Below the pieces are notes generated by a model, which saw only the letters and a program-made list of their open reading frames with translations, searched no databases and was not told the DNA's origin. Below are positions 49,001-57,306 of a stretch of DNA of 64,000 nucleotides, one piece after another; the stretch's first letter is position 1; each line of letters opens with the position of its first letter. The stretch covers positions 4,000,001-4,064,000 of the forward strand of contig OZ244207.1 of assembly GCA_965216875.1 (NCBI GenBank), given 5' to 3'. The translations under genes and the position numbers were made by a program. Source of the stretch: Rubripirellula sp. Lineage in GTDB: Bacteria > Planctomycetota > Planctomycetia > Pirellulales > Pirellulaceae.

Positions 49001-50684
49001 GACCCCGGTCTTTTTCGGGCTCGATCAACGCGATCTCAATCCGGAAAACTACTTTGACGACGATCCAACGGTTCGATATGTCGACCGGGCAAGCTACGTG
49101 ACGGTCGTCGACACGAGCGTGACCGATGTGAATCTAGGCGTGCATTTGCACGAAGAAGGCCAGCCGTCCGACCTTGAATTCAATGACAACATTGTGGCAT
49201 TCGCCTCCTACGACCAGACGCTCAACGAAGCTCAAACGCTAGAGGATGCCTATCACTACAAGACGACAACCTTCGCCTATTTCGCAGTGGACGACGACCA
49301 AAATGGAATCACCAACCAAGTCGAGAGCCTTATTGACGTGGCATCAGTCGACCACCACACCGATTTGGTGGTCGGCTTCAGTTGCAGCGAAGTGGCTCAG
49401 GACGTCAGCACCGTCGTCGCAACCATTACTCGGAATAACCGAGTCCCCTCCGACGAACCGATCACGATCGAATTGACCAGCGACAACCCGAGCCGAGCCT
49501 CCGTGCCGTCGTTTGTGACACTGCCTGCCAATGCGGATTCGGTCTCTTTCGATGTCACCGTCGCAGGTGGTGATCTGGGCCAAGTCGAGATTGCGGCAAA
49601 CGCCGAATACCACTTCCCGGGAATCGCAACACTGACCATCGGAAATGATGCGAAGTGCGATTTCGGCGACGCGCCGGCTCCCTACCCCACGCTTGCCGCC
49701 GACGGAGGAGCGAGCCATCTCGATACCGGACCGAGACTGGGTGCCATGCGTGACGCCGAAAACGATGGAGCGCCCGCGGCCGATGCCGATGGTGACGACC
49801 TCACAGCCGACGATGACGAGGATGGCGTCATGTTTGGTGTCATCCGCGAGCGACAGGTACTCGCCGGTGTGAACGTGCATCTACAAAACGCGGCGACAGC
49901 AAAGGTCGATGCCTGGATCGACTTCAATCGCAATGGTGCGTGGGAAGCGTCCGAAAAAATACTCGATAGTGTCGTGATTCAAAATGGATTGCAAACGCTC
50001 AACTATCACATCCCAGCAGGGGTAGCGACAGGCGATGCGATCGCGCGAGTACGCGTCAGTTCGGATGGAAACTTGCTGCCGACAGGGTTTGCTGCCGATG
50101 GCGAAGTCGAGGACCACGTTGTCACGATCAGCGATTCATTGATTGTCGAAAGCGTGATCGTCAACGATGGCGATCCGCAGCGATCGTCCGTCGAAAAGGT
50201 CACCGTGACATTCGATCGAACGGTCGATATCGATGGTGACCCGTTTGAGTTCATCAATACGGACACCGCAACAGCTGTCACCGAGATTCCCGTCGTATCG
50301 GTAGAGAACGGCAAGACGGTGGTGAACTTTACTTTCCAGCCGGGGCCATCGGTCAACCCAGCCGGCTCACTGCTTGACGGAGTCTATCGGCTGACGATCG
50401 ACGCAACCAAAGTCACCGCTGGTGGCCAATCACTTGATGGAGATGACGATGGCGCCGCAGGCGGCAACTTCGTCTTTGGCGACGAAACGCACGACAACTT
50501 CTTCCGCAAGTATGGCGACCACAACGGAAACAACTTGGTTGAACTGTTCGATTTCGCCGCCTTCCGAGGGACGTACAACAAACCCGACACCGACCCCGAT
50601 TACCTAGCGATGTTCGACGCCGACGGCGACACAGACATCGACCTATTTGACTTCGCCGCCTTCCGAAACAATTTCGGAAGCTAA
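46080..50684 (+). CDS. Surface protein: planctomycete leader, SBBP beta-propeller repeats, OpgG/OpgD (GH186)-like domain, GEVED, dockerin/EF-hand-like C-terminus
   Basis: IEILESRRMLA; F..N.GQ; D..GN.YV.G.T.S..FP repeats; ELHDSD, FGL.QR, EFNDNIVAF; DFGDAP...GEVEDH; D.DGD.DID..DFAAFR. Confidence 0.8.
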   Translation: MFGRDEIRKRSSRTSRSSRSRQQRRQYRRMQLGIEILESRRMLAWSFDGFEQNIGQHSEGDFLFYGDGHRTSIDNGTLTSVSNAGSSSPLVITLLDADPNAEATGVDERDFITNYYFGNNSSQWYERVPWHRAVRYDDILSGVDQWIHKSNSGRAEYTFVVAAGSDPDSIQLEIAGADSLALDTNGNLVATQGAHTFVQEAPIAFQLDDEGNQLSVSAQFVLTGDFTFAFDIGVYDVNRDLTIDPTFFWASTRGGGTSSDSIEAMTADLVGHTWSTGTTRSVKVPISVGDSSPAASTEVFVVKRDPFGTDLGATFVGGSNAESGSGIVRDDDGNVYVTGWTQSTNFPTRSASQTSLGGLTDAFLLRLNDDLTIDWSTYWGGTGFERGNDVAVDAGNNLFVSGTTGSTDFPLVGSTTEPAGGSDAFVMRVLPDGQIATSRTIGGSSSDFGKGIAVAPDQSVVLVGDTSSMNYPTTPGVVQREHGGQNDLYVTIFSNDLGEVLRSTYSGDDGHEVSSDVAIQSSGVIAIVGTDGKVGDSNPVNGDMAIYLIDSTLATPATTRRIGGFARDNGHAITVDTEDNLHAVGTAQAGSNEFSDVNWTPPGTSAGIDGIYAMLDPQGTILTAGRYGGIGDDEGNAVAVDFSGHVYVGGSTDSETFPLGQGDDLQVGGGDFYIANFLPENRDMTWQQLQQRALLRKQQPYARFNPPPNPIIDFPAVTNLDEASISYTGLIPFEDLFVDGRVRLHDTKLHFDLFTDLESNGSYQHRTWDETHADYSNTPVDPADIGLSGKVIARISAGLTSTFQTSYTIVGNGYARYQGAPPMKEGASHRTAGLFDVFDSDEKFASISEAYVRVIPGTDQLELMLLIDNDFYVMAQRQVFTPGDVASLMVENVILPRMDIDPALHPESGPGGFSSLHVRDEEDGPGQELHDSDVFFVGLDLNDDGQADELVTTRLVNPGEGIITVRHFEDMYDGTPVFFGLDQRDLNPENYFDDDPTVRYVDRASYVTVVDTSVTDVNLGVHLHEEGQPSDLEFNDNIVAFASYDQTLNEAQTLEDAYHYKTTTFAYFAVDDDQNGITNQVESLIDVASVDHHTDLVVGFSCSEVAQDVSTVVATITRNNRVPSDEPITIELTSDNPSRASVPSFVTLPANADSVSFDVTVAGGDLGQVEIAANAEYHFPGIATLTIGNDAKCDFGDAPAPYPTLAADGGASHLDTGPRLGAMRDAENDGAPAADADGDDLTADDDEDGVMFGVIRERQVLAGVNVHLQNAATAKVDAWIDFNRNGAWEASEKILDSVVIQNGLQTLNYHIPAGVATGDAIARVRVSSDGNLLPTGFAADGEVEDHVVTISDSLIVESVIVNDGDPQRSSVEKVTVTFDRTVDIDGDPFEFINTDTATAVTEIPVVSVENGKTVVNFTFQPGPSVNPAGSLLDGVYRLTIDATKVTAGGQSLDGDDDGAAGGNFVFGDETHDNFFRKYGDHNGNNLVELFDFAAFRGTYNKPDTDPDYLAMFDADGDTDIDLFDFAAFRNNFGS

Positions 50685-50734
50685 GACCTGCGTTTGCCGC
50701 CGGTGCGATGCCAAGAAAGCATAAGAGAAGCAGA

Positions 50735-50764
50735 CAGAATCACTGATTTCACAGCGTGATTCTG
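50735..50764. terminator. Hairpin between convergent surface-protein gene and tRNA
   Basis: CAGAATCAC...GTGATTCTG inverted repeat. Confidence 0.4.
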
Positions 50765-50771
50765 ATTTTGA

Positions 50772-50847
<76 letters not shown>

Positions 50848-50940
50848 GGATTTGGACATCGTGTGCTGATGTCGCTGAAATGTTTCGCTTGTATCGGAGG
50901 CGGCTAGGCAAGATACCGCCTCGCGTTGTGTCTTTATAGA

Positions 50941-51135
50941 CTACCGAGAGAGCATTCGGGTTCGGCGTGCTCGGCGCTCAGCTCGCAGGCGTGCGCGGCG
51001 GTTGGTTTCGCTCGGCTTTTCGTAGTATTCGCGGCGTCGCATCTCTTTCTTGATGCCACTGCGTTCGACCAATTTGCGGAATCGGCGGACGGCTTCCTGA
51101 ATCGTTTCTCGATCGCGAACTACTAACTTGACCAT
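50941..51135 (-). CDS. rpsU: 30S ribosomal protein S21
   Basis: [21 protein letters not shown]...[10 protein letters not shown]. Confidence 0.95.
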   Translation of the reverse strand: MVKLVVRDRETIQEAVRRFRKLVERSGIKKEMRRREYYEKPSETNRRARLRAERRARRTRMLSR

Positions 51136-51620
51136 TTTTGCTCCGGTTTCATTGTCTTGAGCGACTCCCCATTTCGAGGGATGTGGTTTGAGTCTGTACC
51201 GATACCGCGGCACCGACGAGGGGTAGAAAGTGTAGCGAGACCCTTGCGGGAACGCTAGAGCATGCGAGAGCCCGTTTTTCCCTTTTTGCAACCTTGTTTT
51301 CAAGGCGGCTGAGACCGGGTTGGGGCTCGCACCCCATCTTCTCCATTTTCGTGGTTTGCCCCCGCCAAACTCCAGTTTTTCAAGGCATTTTGCGAAGTGA
51401 GCCACTGGCCGCCAGGCCTCGGGCCCTGGCCTCGTCCGCCAGGTAAAGTGCAAAGCCCGGCCGCTTACGCGATCGCGGCTCACGTCAGTCGAGCACCGGT
51501 GGCTAGCGCCAAAGCCGCTCATGGTTGGCCGGATAAGACCATTTTCTTGTCGCCCATCTTTCTGTCCCTCTTTTCGAAGCTCCATCGTTTGCCACAGAGT
51601 TCACCGAGGCCACCGAGACT

Positions 51621-53033
51621 CTATTGAATCTCGGTCGAGCTGGTGAAGACGAGGCCGACTTGGGTGTTCTCGGGCGGGCCATCAATGCCGTAGCCTGGCA
51701 TTTGGTGATGGTTCCAGAGCTTCGCGACAGGTTTGCCGTCGACGCTCTCGGGAAGGATCAGGTAGTCGTAGGGCTCGCCATCGACGTCGACATCAAAACG
51801 CATCGACGGATCGACTCTGCTTTGCTTTAGTTCACCAAGCGTCACGGGGAGCCGCCCCGTCTCGAGCTGGAATTGCTTGATGGCAACGGCACACCGCGTC
51901 CAACGAATGTCGTTCGAACTGATCGCCATCGATTGCGACAAACCTTGCAGGGATGCGACCATGCCGTTTCCAACCGCGGCTTTCATGAACGGCACCTTCA
52001 ACCACGTGTCGGGCTGAAAACGTATCTCGCCGCTGCGCCCCAGGCTGGCGACCATCGTCGTGATGGCGTGGTGATGGTGGCGGGTGCCGACGTCGGGAAT
52101 CTTGTGAATCGCTTCAAGTGCCACGGCTGTATCGCGGAGCTCGCTCGGCGCGATCGTCGACCACGAGGCGATCTTGCGATTCTTGCTGCTGCGATAAGCG
52201 AATCGTTGCTGGTAGACCAAATCGCTGTATTGGCGATCCACAAAACCGGGCATGACGATTAAGAAGTTGATCGGCGCTGCGAAATCCCAGTACGCGGCGA
52301 CCTCATCCTGCTGACTTAACAATTCTTGAATCCGCGCGAGTTCCTCCGCAGACCAAAACTCACCGCTAAGTGAATCTCGGATCATGATGGTCAAGATGGC
52401 GCTGAATCCGTACGCCCCAAACCCGGTGCCGTTGGTTTCGCCGGAAGCAAGTTTTGCGAGCACCTCCAGTGTCTCCATCGCGCGCTCCGAATCACCTTGG
52501 TGATAGGCGTCGAGGAACTCTGTTTGAGGAACTTGGAGGAGGCCGCTGTTGGTCATCTGCGTCATCAGTTCACCGCTTGGCATGTAGACCAGCGGCATCC
52601 ACGTGACTTCGTTCTGTTGTTCGGCGAGCACTTTCAAGCGTTCATAAATCGGCTTACCACGTTCGGCGCAGACCCGCACGAATTCATGGCTTTCTTTTTC
52701 AGTCGTCCCAGGCGTGTAGATCGCGCGTGCGGCGTGGTGTTCGTTCCCTTCGATCGCATCACGCATGTCGAAGTACCAGTCGTCCGCAGCCGCTGCGACC
52801 TGTTTCAATTCCAGCGTGTGCCTTTTGGAAGTCTGATCTTCGTACCAGGTGGTGAAGGCGGTTGCTGGTGTACCGCCCGCGCCCGGCACAATCTGTTCGA
52901 CCGATCGAGCAACGGTCGCTCGATTGCTGCGCCAATTCACAGCCGCGATGATGCACAGGCTGGCGACCAATGCGATCGGCAACAACACCATTGGCAAATA
53001 GAGACGGTCGAGTCGATGGAGTGGTAATCTCAT
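51621..53033 (-). CDS. Membrane-anchored hypothetical protein (ABC operon accessory)
   Basis: ATGA-coupled to the upstream permease; N-terminal TM; C-terminal A..A...F....G.LP..L..L motif. Confidence 0.65.
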   Translation of the reverse strand: MRLPLHRLDRLYLPMVLLPIALVASLCIIAAVNWRSNRATVARSVEQIVPGAGGTPATAFTTWYEDQTSKRHTLELKQVAAAADDWYFDMRDAIEGNEHHAARAIYTPGTTEKESHEFVRVCAERGKPIYERLKVLAEQQNEVTWMPLVYMPSGELMTQMTNSGLLQVPQTEFLDAYHQGDSERAMETLEVLAKLASGETNGTGFGAYGFSAILTIMIRDSLSGEFWSAEELARIQELLSQQDEVAAYWDFAAPINFLIVMPGFVDRQYSDLVYQQRFAYRSSKNRKIASWSTIAPSELRDTAVALEAIHKIPDVGTRHHHHAITTMVASLGRSGEIRFQPDTWLKVPFMKAAVGNGMVASLQGLSQSMAISSNDIRWTRCAVAIKQFQLETGRLPVTLGELKQSRVDPSMRFDVDVDGEPYDYLILPESVDGKPVAKLWNHHQMPGYGIDGPPENTQVGLVFTSSTEIQ

Positions 53034-55540
53034 GGTGTCACCTCGAGCATTTCCTTGCGAAAAGCTTGAATCTGGTTTTCCCATTCCATGCCCCAGTACT
53101 GACCTGGATACAGTTTGCCGACTTGGTACGAGAAACCGGTTTGCAGCGACATGATGGCCGGTATCTTCCGACGACGTTCGCTGTAAGGGCCAAACTCAAA
53201 GGGCATGGTTGGACCGAGCATCACTTCGTGCATGGCTTCGCGCCAGGGCCGGCCAAGCACCTCACGCAAGAGTTCGGCCTGACGCAAGTCAACTGCAACA
53301 AGGGCCGCAGCCGCAATCGTGTCCGCGCTGTCCCCATTCATCTTTGCGGGAAAGATTCCGCCGATGGTCGCAACGACGGCGGGTGTTTTTCCTCGGTTGA
53401 GGAACTTACGTCGACTCGCGAGCGTCGCTGCACGGCGAGCTTTGTTTCGCGAGTCGATCGTTGACATCCTCGAAGCGATCGCAACCAACTGCTCGCGGGA
53501 AACATGCTCGCGAATCTCTTTACGGGAAACCGTATCGATCAACCAGATTTCAACTTGGTCCGCCGTCTCTTGATCGGCCAACACGGGACTCTTGCGAAGC
53601 GAGGCGGCCAACCTTGAGGTCGCGTTGAGCCAATCCGAAAATGCCTCGACCGATTCATCGGGCGGAGCATTCGGTTTGTTGCCAGCGGTCGCATTTTCGA
53701 ACACGAGACGCTCGTGCATCAAACGCAACAAGATGTCTTGCCAATAGCGAAACTCGATGGTCGCCGTGGCCTCGGCTCCCAATAGCTGGTCCAAGCCAAC
53801 GATGAACTGCGACGGCGTAGCGCTGCGGCGAGAAATCAGCTCAATCGATTGGGTGATGTTCGTCGGCTTTTGATCAAAACGGTCTGGCGAACCTGGCTGG
53901 AATCGTCGCGTTTCGATCCGAACCGCCTTGGTAGCTCGATGGAGTGCCAGGTCGCCGTCGCCATTCATTTGCGAGCGAAGTGCCGTGGGTAGCGTGACGG
54001 AACTCGCGCTCGGCGCTGCCGCCCAAACCCAGAAGCCACACATCGCGCCCAACAAGACACATGAAACGATCGGCCCGATCGGTCGATCGCGAGCGTCCAT
54101 GTATCGCGGCATCAACCACCATGCCAACAGCATTGGAATGGCCGCCCAGAAACCAAGCCACATCGGTGAAACGTCAAAGAAAAGCGTCGCCTGAATCAGC
54201 CATCCAAACGCCCAAATCGAAATCACCGGAGCACACAGAAGTGACAACGTGATCGTGCGGAACTGCATCGACGCCAAGAGAGAGAACGAATAGACGATCC
54301 CCAAAGAACAGATCTGTGTCGCAAGGCTCGGTAGCGTGTAAGCCGCGAGATTGATTTGGTACACCACCGTGTTGGTCGCCCAGTACGTATAGAACAGGAT
54401 GGTGGTCGAAAGGATCGAAAGCGGCACCAATTGCCGCGCCCAAAACAGCTTCGTTGGCGAGACACCGCGGTCGGCCAGAAAACGTATCCGAGTGATGTTG
54501 GCGTCGCTTTTGAAGACAAGAATGCCAAGCAATGAGGCTGCGACGATGATCGGGAACGCACCGACGATCGACTGGGGGGCCTCCGCAAAGCTTGCCTTCG
54601 CAAAATGCATTGAACGCTCCATGCCGAAACAGATCAACGCAATGATTCCGACGATGGACCATCGCGAAGCATGGACGAACTGCCAAACCAGCGAGGCATA
54701 GGAGGTCGCAAACAGGGGCGGCTTCGAATCGATCGTTTCCGTTGTTTCGATCGCAACCGAAACGGTGGGAACATGTCGCGGCGCGCGTTGTGGCGACATG
54801 ACCTTGACCGCTCGCAAGTAAGACAGCGGGAGCACCACGGCGGTCGCGCCGAGCGAACAGATCATCCACCCCCACTGCTCGGCATCGCCACGCGTGTGTG
54901 CACCATAGAACGTCAAGTTCGTCCAAGAGAAAAGACTCGAAATCGCAAGGGGAGCCGCTGCGAGCGCGACGAAGACGGTCAACGCAAAGATTGGTTTTTC
55001 CAGCCGCCAAGATGCATAGAAACTGGCCGCCGCCAAATAGACCGAGTGCACCATCCACATTGGATAGGAAACCGGTGTGATCCCGTCATTGCTGCCGCTT
55101 AGTTCCGAAAACCGCCATCGAGTGATGTAGTTGTTCGTTAAGGATTCGATCAAAACGATGGTCAACAGCCATAGCCCGGCCAGTGTGACAAAGCCCAGAG
55201 CCATCTTCGTCAGTACGATCTGACGCGGTGATGGGGGAAGAGTCATCATCCAATCGAGCGTGCGATGCTCACGTTCTTGTCCGACCGACACCAGCCCCAC
55301 ACCGGTGGTGAAGAGGCCCGGAATCAACAACAACGTCATCTCCATCACCGCATCATCGTTCCAGCCGAGCTCTCGCGGTTGGCCAAAGACTTGTTGCAGA
55401 AAGCCGATCAAAACGGAAATGGTGACGACGGCGGCAACAAGCGGAAAGAGCAGTCTCGCCTCTTTCCAAACGAGCCAGCGATTGACCCACGACGGAATCA
55501 ACGGCGACGCTCCAACGGTCGATGCCTGCACCTGACTCAT
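53030..55540 (-). CDS. ABC-2 type transporter permease (fused, large)
   Basis: LVWKE.R, E.E..TL.W...LP......K; many TMs; ATGA overlap with the ATPase gene. Confidence 0.75.
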   Translation of the reverse strand: MSQVQASTVGASPLIPSWVNRWLVWKEARLLFPLVAAVVTISVLIGFLQQVFGQPRELGWNDDAVMEMTLLLIPGLFTTGVGLVSVGQEREHRTLDWMMTLPPSPRQIVLTKMALGFVTLAGLWLLTIVLIESLTNNYITRWRFSELSGSNDGITPVSYPMWMVHSVYLAAASFYASWRLEKPIFALTVFVALAAAPLAISSLFSWTNLTFYGAHTRGDAEQWGWMICSLGATAVVLPLSYLRAVKVMSPQRAPRHVPTVSVAIETTETIDSKPPLFATSYASLVWQFVHASRWSIVGIIALICFGMERSMHFAKASFAEAPQSIVGAFPIIVAASLLGILVFKSDANITRIRFLADRGVSPTKLFWARQLVPLSILSTTILFYTYWATNTVVYQINLAAYTLPSLATQICSLGIVYSFSLLASMQFRTITLSLLCAPVISIWAFGWLIQATLFFDVSPMWLGFWAAIPMLLAWWLMPRYMDARDRPIGPIVSCVLLGAMCGFWVWAAAPSASSVTLPTALRSQMNGDGDLALHRATKAVRIETRRFQPGSPDRFDQKPTNITQSIELISRRSATPSQFIVGLDQLLGAEATATIEFRYWQDILLRLMHERLVFENATAGNKPNAPPDESVEAFSDWLNATSRLAASLRKSPVLADQETADQVEIWLIDTVSRKEIREHVSREQLVAIASRMSTIDSRNKARRAATLASRRKFLNRGKTPAVVATIGGIFPAKMNGDSADTIAAAALVAVDLRQAELLREVLGRPWREAMHEVMLGPTMPFEFGPYSERRRKIPAIMSLQTGFSYQVGKLYPGQYWGMEWENQIQAFRKEMLEVTP

Positions 55541-56514
55541 TGCATCGCCTCCGCCGTGTGGCCAGCGTTGTCGGCTGCCTCGTCCATTGGGTCGGGTGGC
55601 CATGGCGGATCGACGTCATCTTCGATGTCTCCGCTTGTATAGGCAACGAAGATCTCCTCGAGCGTCGCGACTCGAAACCGCACATCGATGACGCCCGGTG
55701 TTTCGCGAATGACCGAAGCCATCTCGGGATCAAAACCTCGAACAAAGAGTTGATGTTGGCGCGCCTCGGTCGACTCGCTCAGCACCTTCGCAGGCTGCGG
55801 AAGCATCAACATGGCGCGGAACGGATCTTCGACATCGATGATCACTTCCCAAATCGATTCACGCAGTTCAGCTAGCGGCGAAACGAGCTTCAGCCGCCCT
55901 TGATGCATGATCGCGATCGTGTCCGCAACCCGCTCAACTTCGCTAATCTGATGGCTCGACAAAAAGACGGTCCGCCCTGTAGCCGCTCGGTCGATCATGC
56001 TCTCCAAAAAGTTGCGACGCACCTTGGGATCAAGGCCCGAAGTCGGTTCATCCATGATCAAGAGCGCCGGATCGTGTGCAAGGGCAAGTGACAGGGCCAC
56101 CTTCGCGCGTTGTCCCTTACTGAGGTGTTTGATTTTCCGATCGACAGGCACGTCATAGCGGCGAATCGACTCTTCGTACCGCGGCAGGAACTTGGCATCG
56201 TAAAACGAGGCGGCAAACCCGCCGATCTGGTTCACGGTCATCCAGTCGTACAGTGCGGGGGCGTCGGAGACGTATCCGATTTGCCGCCGTACCGCTTGAG
56301 GGTCACGGCTCGGGTCAATCCCGCCGACGCGGCAGCTCCCGCCGGACGGTTTCAGGTATCCCGTCAGAATCCGAATCATCGTCGTTTTGCCAGCGCCGTT
56401 TTCGCCAAGCAATGCGAACACGTTGCCGGGTCGAATATCAAGGTCAACGCCGTCGAGCGCTTTGCAGCGACGAAACCGCATTCGCAGGTTTTGGGCTGTG
56501 ATCACCGAATCCAT
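55537..56514 (-). CDS. ABC transporter ATP-binding protein (YtrB-like)
   Basis: GENGAGKTT, LSKGQRAK, MDEPTSGLD, SSH. Confidence 0.9.
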   Translation of the reverse strand: MDSVITAQNLRMRFRRCKALDGVDLDIRPGNVFALLGENGAGKTTMIRILTGYLKPSGGSCRVGGIDPSRDPQAVRRQIGYVSDAPALYDWMTVNQIGGFAASFYDAKFLPRYEESIRRYDVPVDRKIKHLSKGQRAKVALSLALAHDPALLIMDEPTSGLDPKVRRNFLESMIDRAATGRTVFLSSHQISEVERVADTIAIMHQGRLKLVSPLAELRESIWEVIIDVEDPFRAMLMLPQPAKVLSESTEARQHQLFVRGFDPEMASVIRETPGVIDVRFRVATLEEIFVAYTSGDIEDDVDPPWPPDPMDEAADNAGHTAEAMQ

Positions 56515-56568
56515 CGAGAGACTCCGAAGACAAGAGCGTGCAACAAGACAAAGAGGTTCGACAACAAA

Positions 56569-57006
56569 CTAAGAATTGACTTCTTCGGCCGACGCATCGG
56601 GTGATGGCGTCAGGACGCTGGGAGTGGTTTTGGCCAATCCCTTTAAATGCTTGGCAACGATCGCTTCAATCCGCTTGCGATCAAGCCCCGCGTTCCATGC
56701 CTCTGAAATGGCAGTACCAATTCGGTCGGCGATCACTCCCTCGCGTTCCTTGCGGCAGACCGCGACGGCACCGTCACAAACGGCCATCCCTCGGCCACGA
56801 ATCGATTCAATCACCCCAGCGTTCTGCAGTTCGCTGAACGCGCGTGCGACCGTATTCGGATTGATCGTCAAGCGATTGGAGAGGACGCGCGCACTGGGCA
56901 GCAATTGCCCCGGCGTGATCGTCCCGGCCGCGACCGCAAATTTGACTTGTCGAACGATCTGCAAATAGATCGCGACATCGCTATGAACATCGATAGATAA
57001 AAACAT
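56569..57006 (-). CDS. GntR family regulator, YtrA subfamily
   Basis: IY.QI..Q, LPS.R.L, INPNTVARA..EL, RGRG; short C-terminus; upstream of ABC genes. Confidence 0.9.
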   Translation of the reverse strand: MFLSIDVHSDVAIYLQIVRQVKFAVAAGTITPGQLLPSARVLSNRLTINPNTVARAFSELQNAGVIESIRGRGMAVCDGAVAVCRKEREGVIADRIGTAISEAWNAGLDRKRIEAIVAKHLKGLAKTTPSVLTPSPDASAEEVNS

Positions 57007-57044
57007 CTCGCCCAGCCGTATCAATGAAACGAGTAAGACACCAG

Positions 57045-57091
57045 ATGGGTTCACTAGTTAGATAGTACACCCATTCAGGAGAGGCTGTCAA
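57045..57091 (-). promoter_or_regulatory. sigma70 promoter overlapped by YtrA-type palindromic operator
   Basis: TTGACA-N18-TACTAT; palindrome ATGGGTGTACTA-tctaac-TAGTGAACCCAT. Confidence 0.7.
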
Positions 57092-57100
57092 GCGTTTTTT

Positions 57101-57289
57101 GTAAGCCATGCTCCGCATGACATCCGCTGGTAGGCCGAACGCGCTCGCGGCGGGGCTTTGTCAGCAACAGAATCACCCTCCCGCTTGCGGGAGGGTCGGG
57201 CGTTAAAGCCCGGGGAGGGCATCCCGAAGGGCCCACCGGGTAAGTGCGGTGCCGGATCGGTGTCGCTGTCGCTCCTTGATCCGGCCTAC
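57101..57289. repeat. Composite REP mosaic
   Basis: GTAAGCCATGCTCCGCATGAC, GTAGGCCGAACGCG, CCCTCCCGCTTGCGGGAGGG and a reverse GTAG REP at 57250. Confidence 0.8.
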
Positions 57290-57306
57290 GAGTTGCAGCC
57301 TACGGA

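Noticed and set aside
51136..51585. N-terminal extension making S21 214 aa
   Set aside because: Canonical S21 starts at MVKL (51135); the upstream region looks like a promoter/leader.
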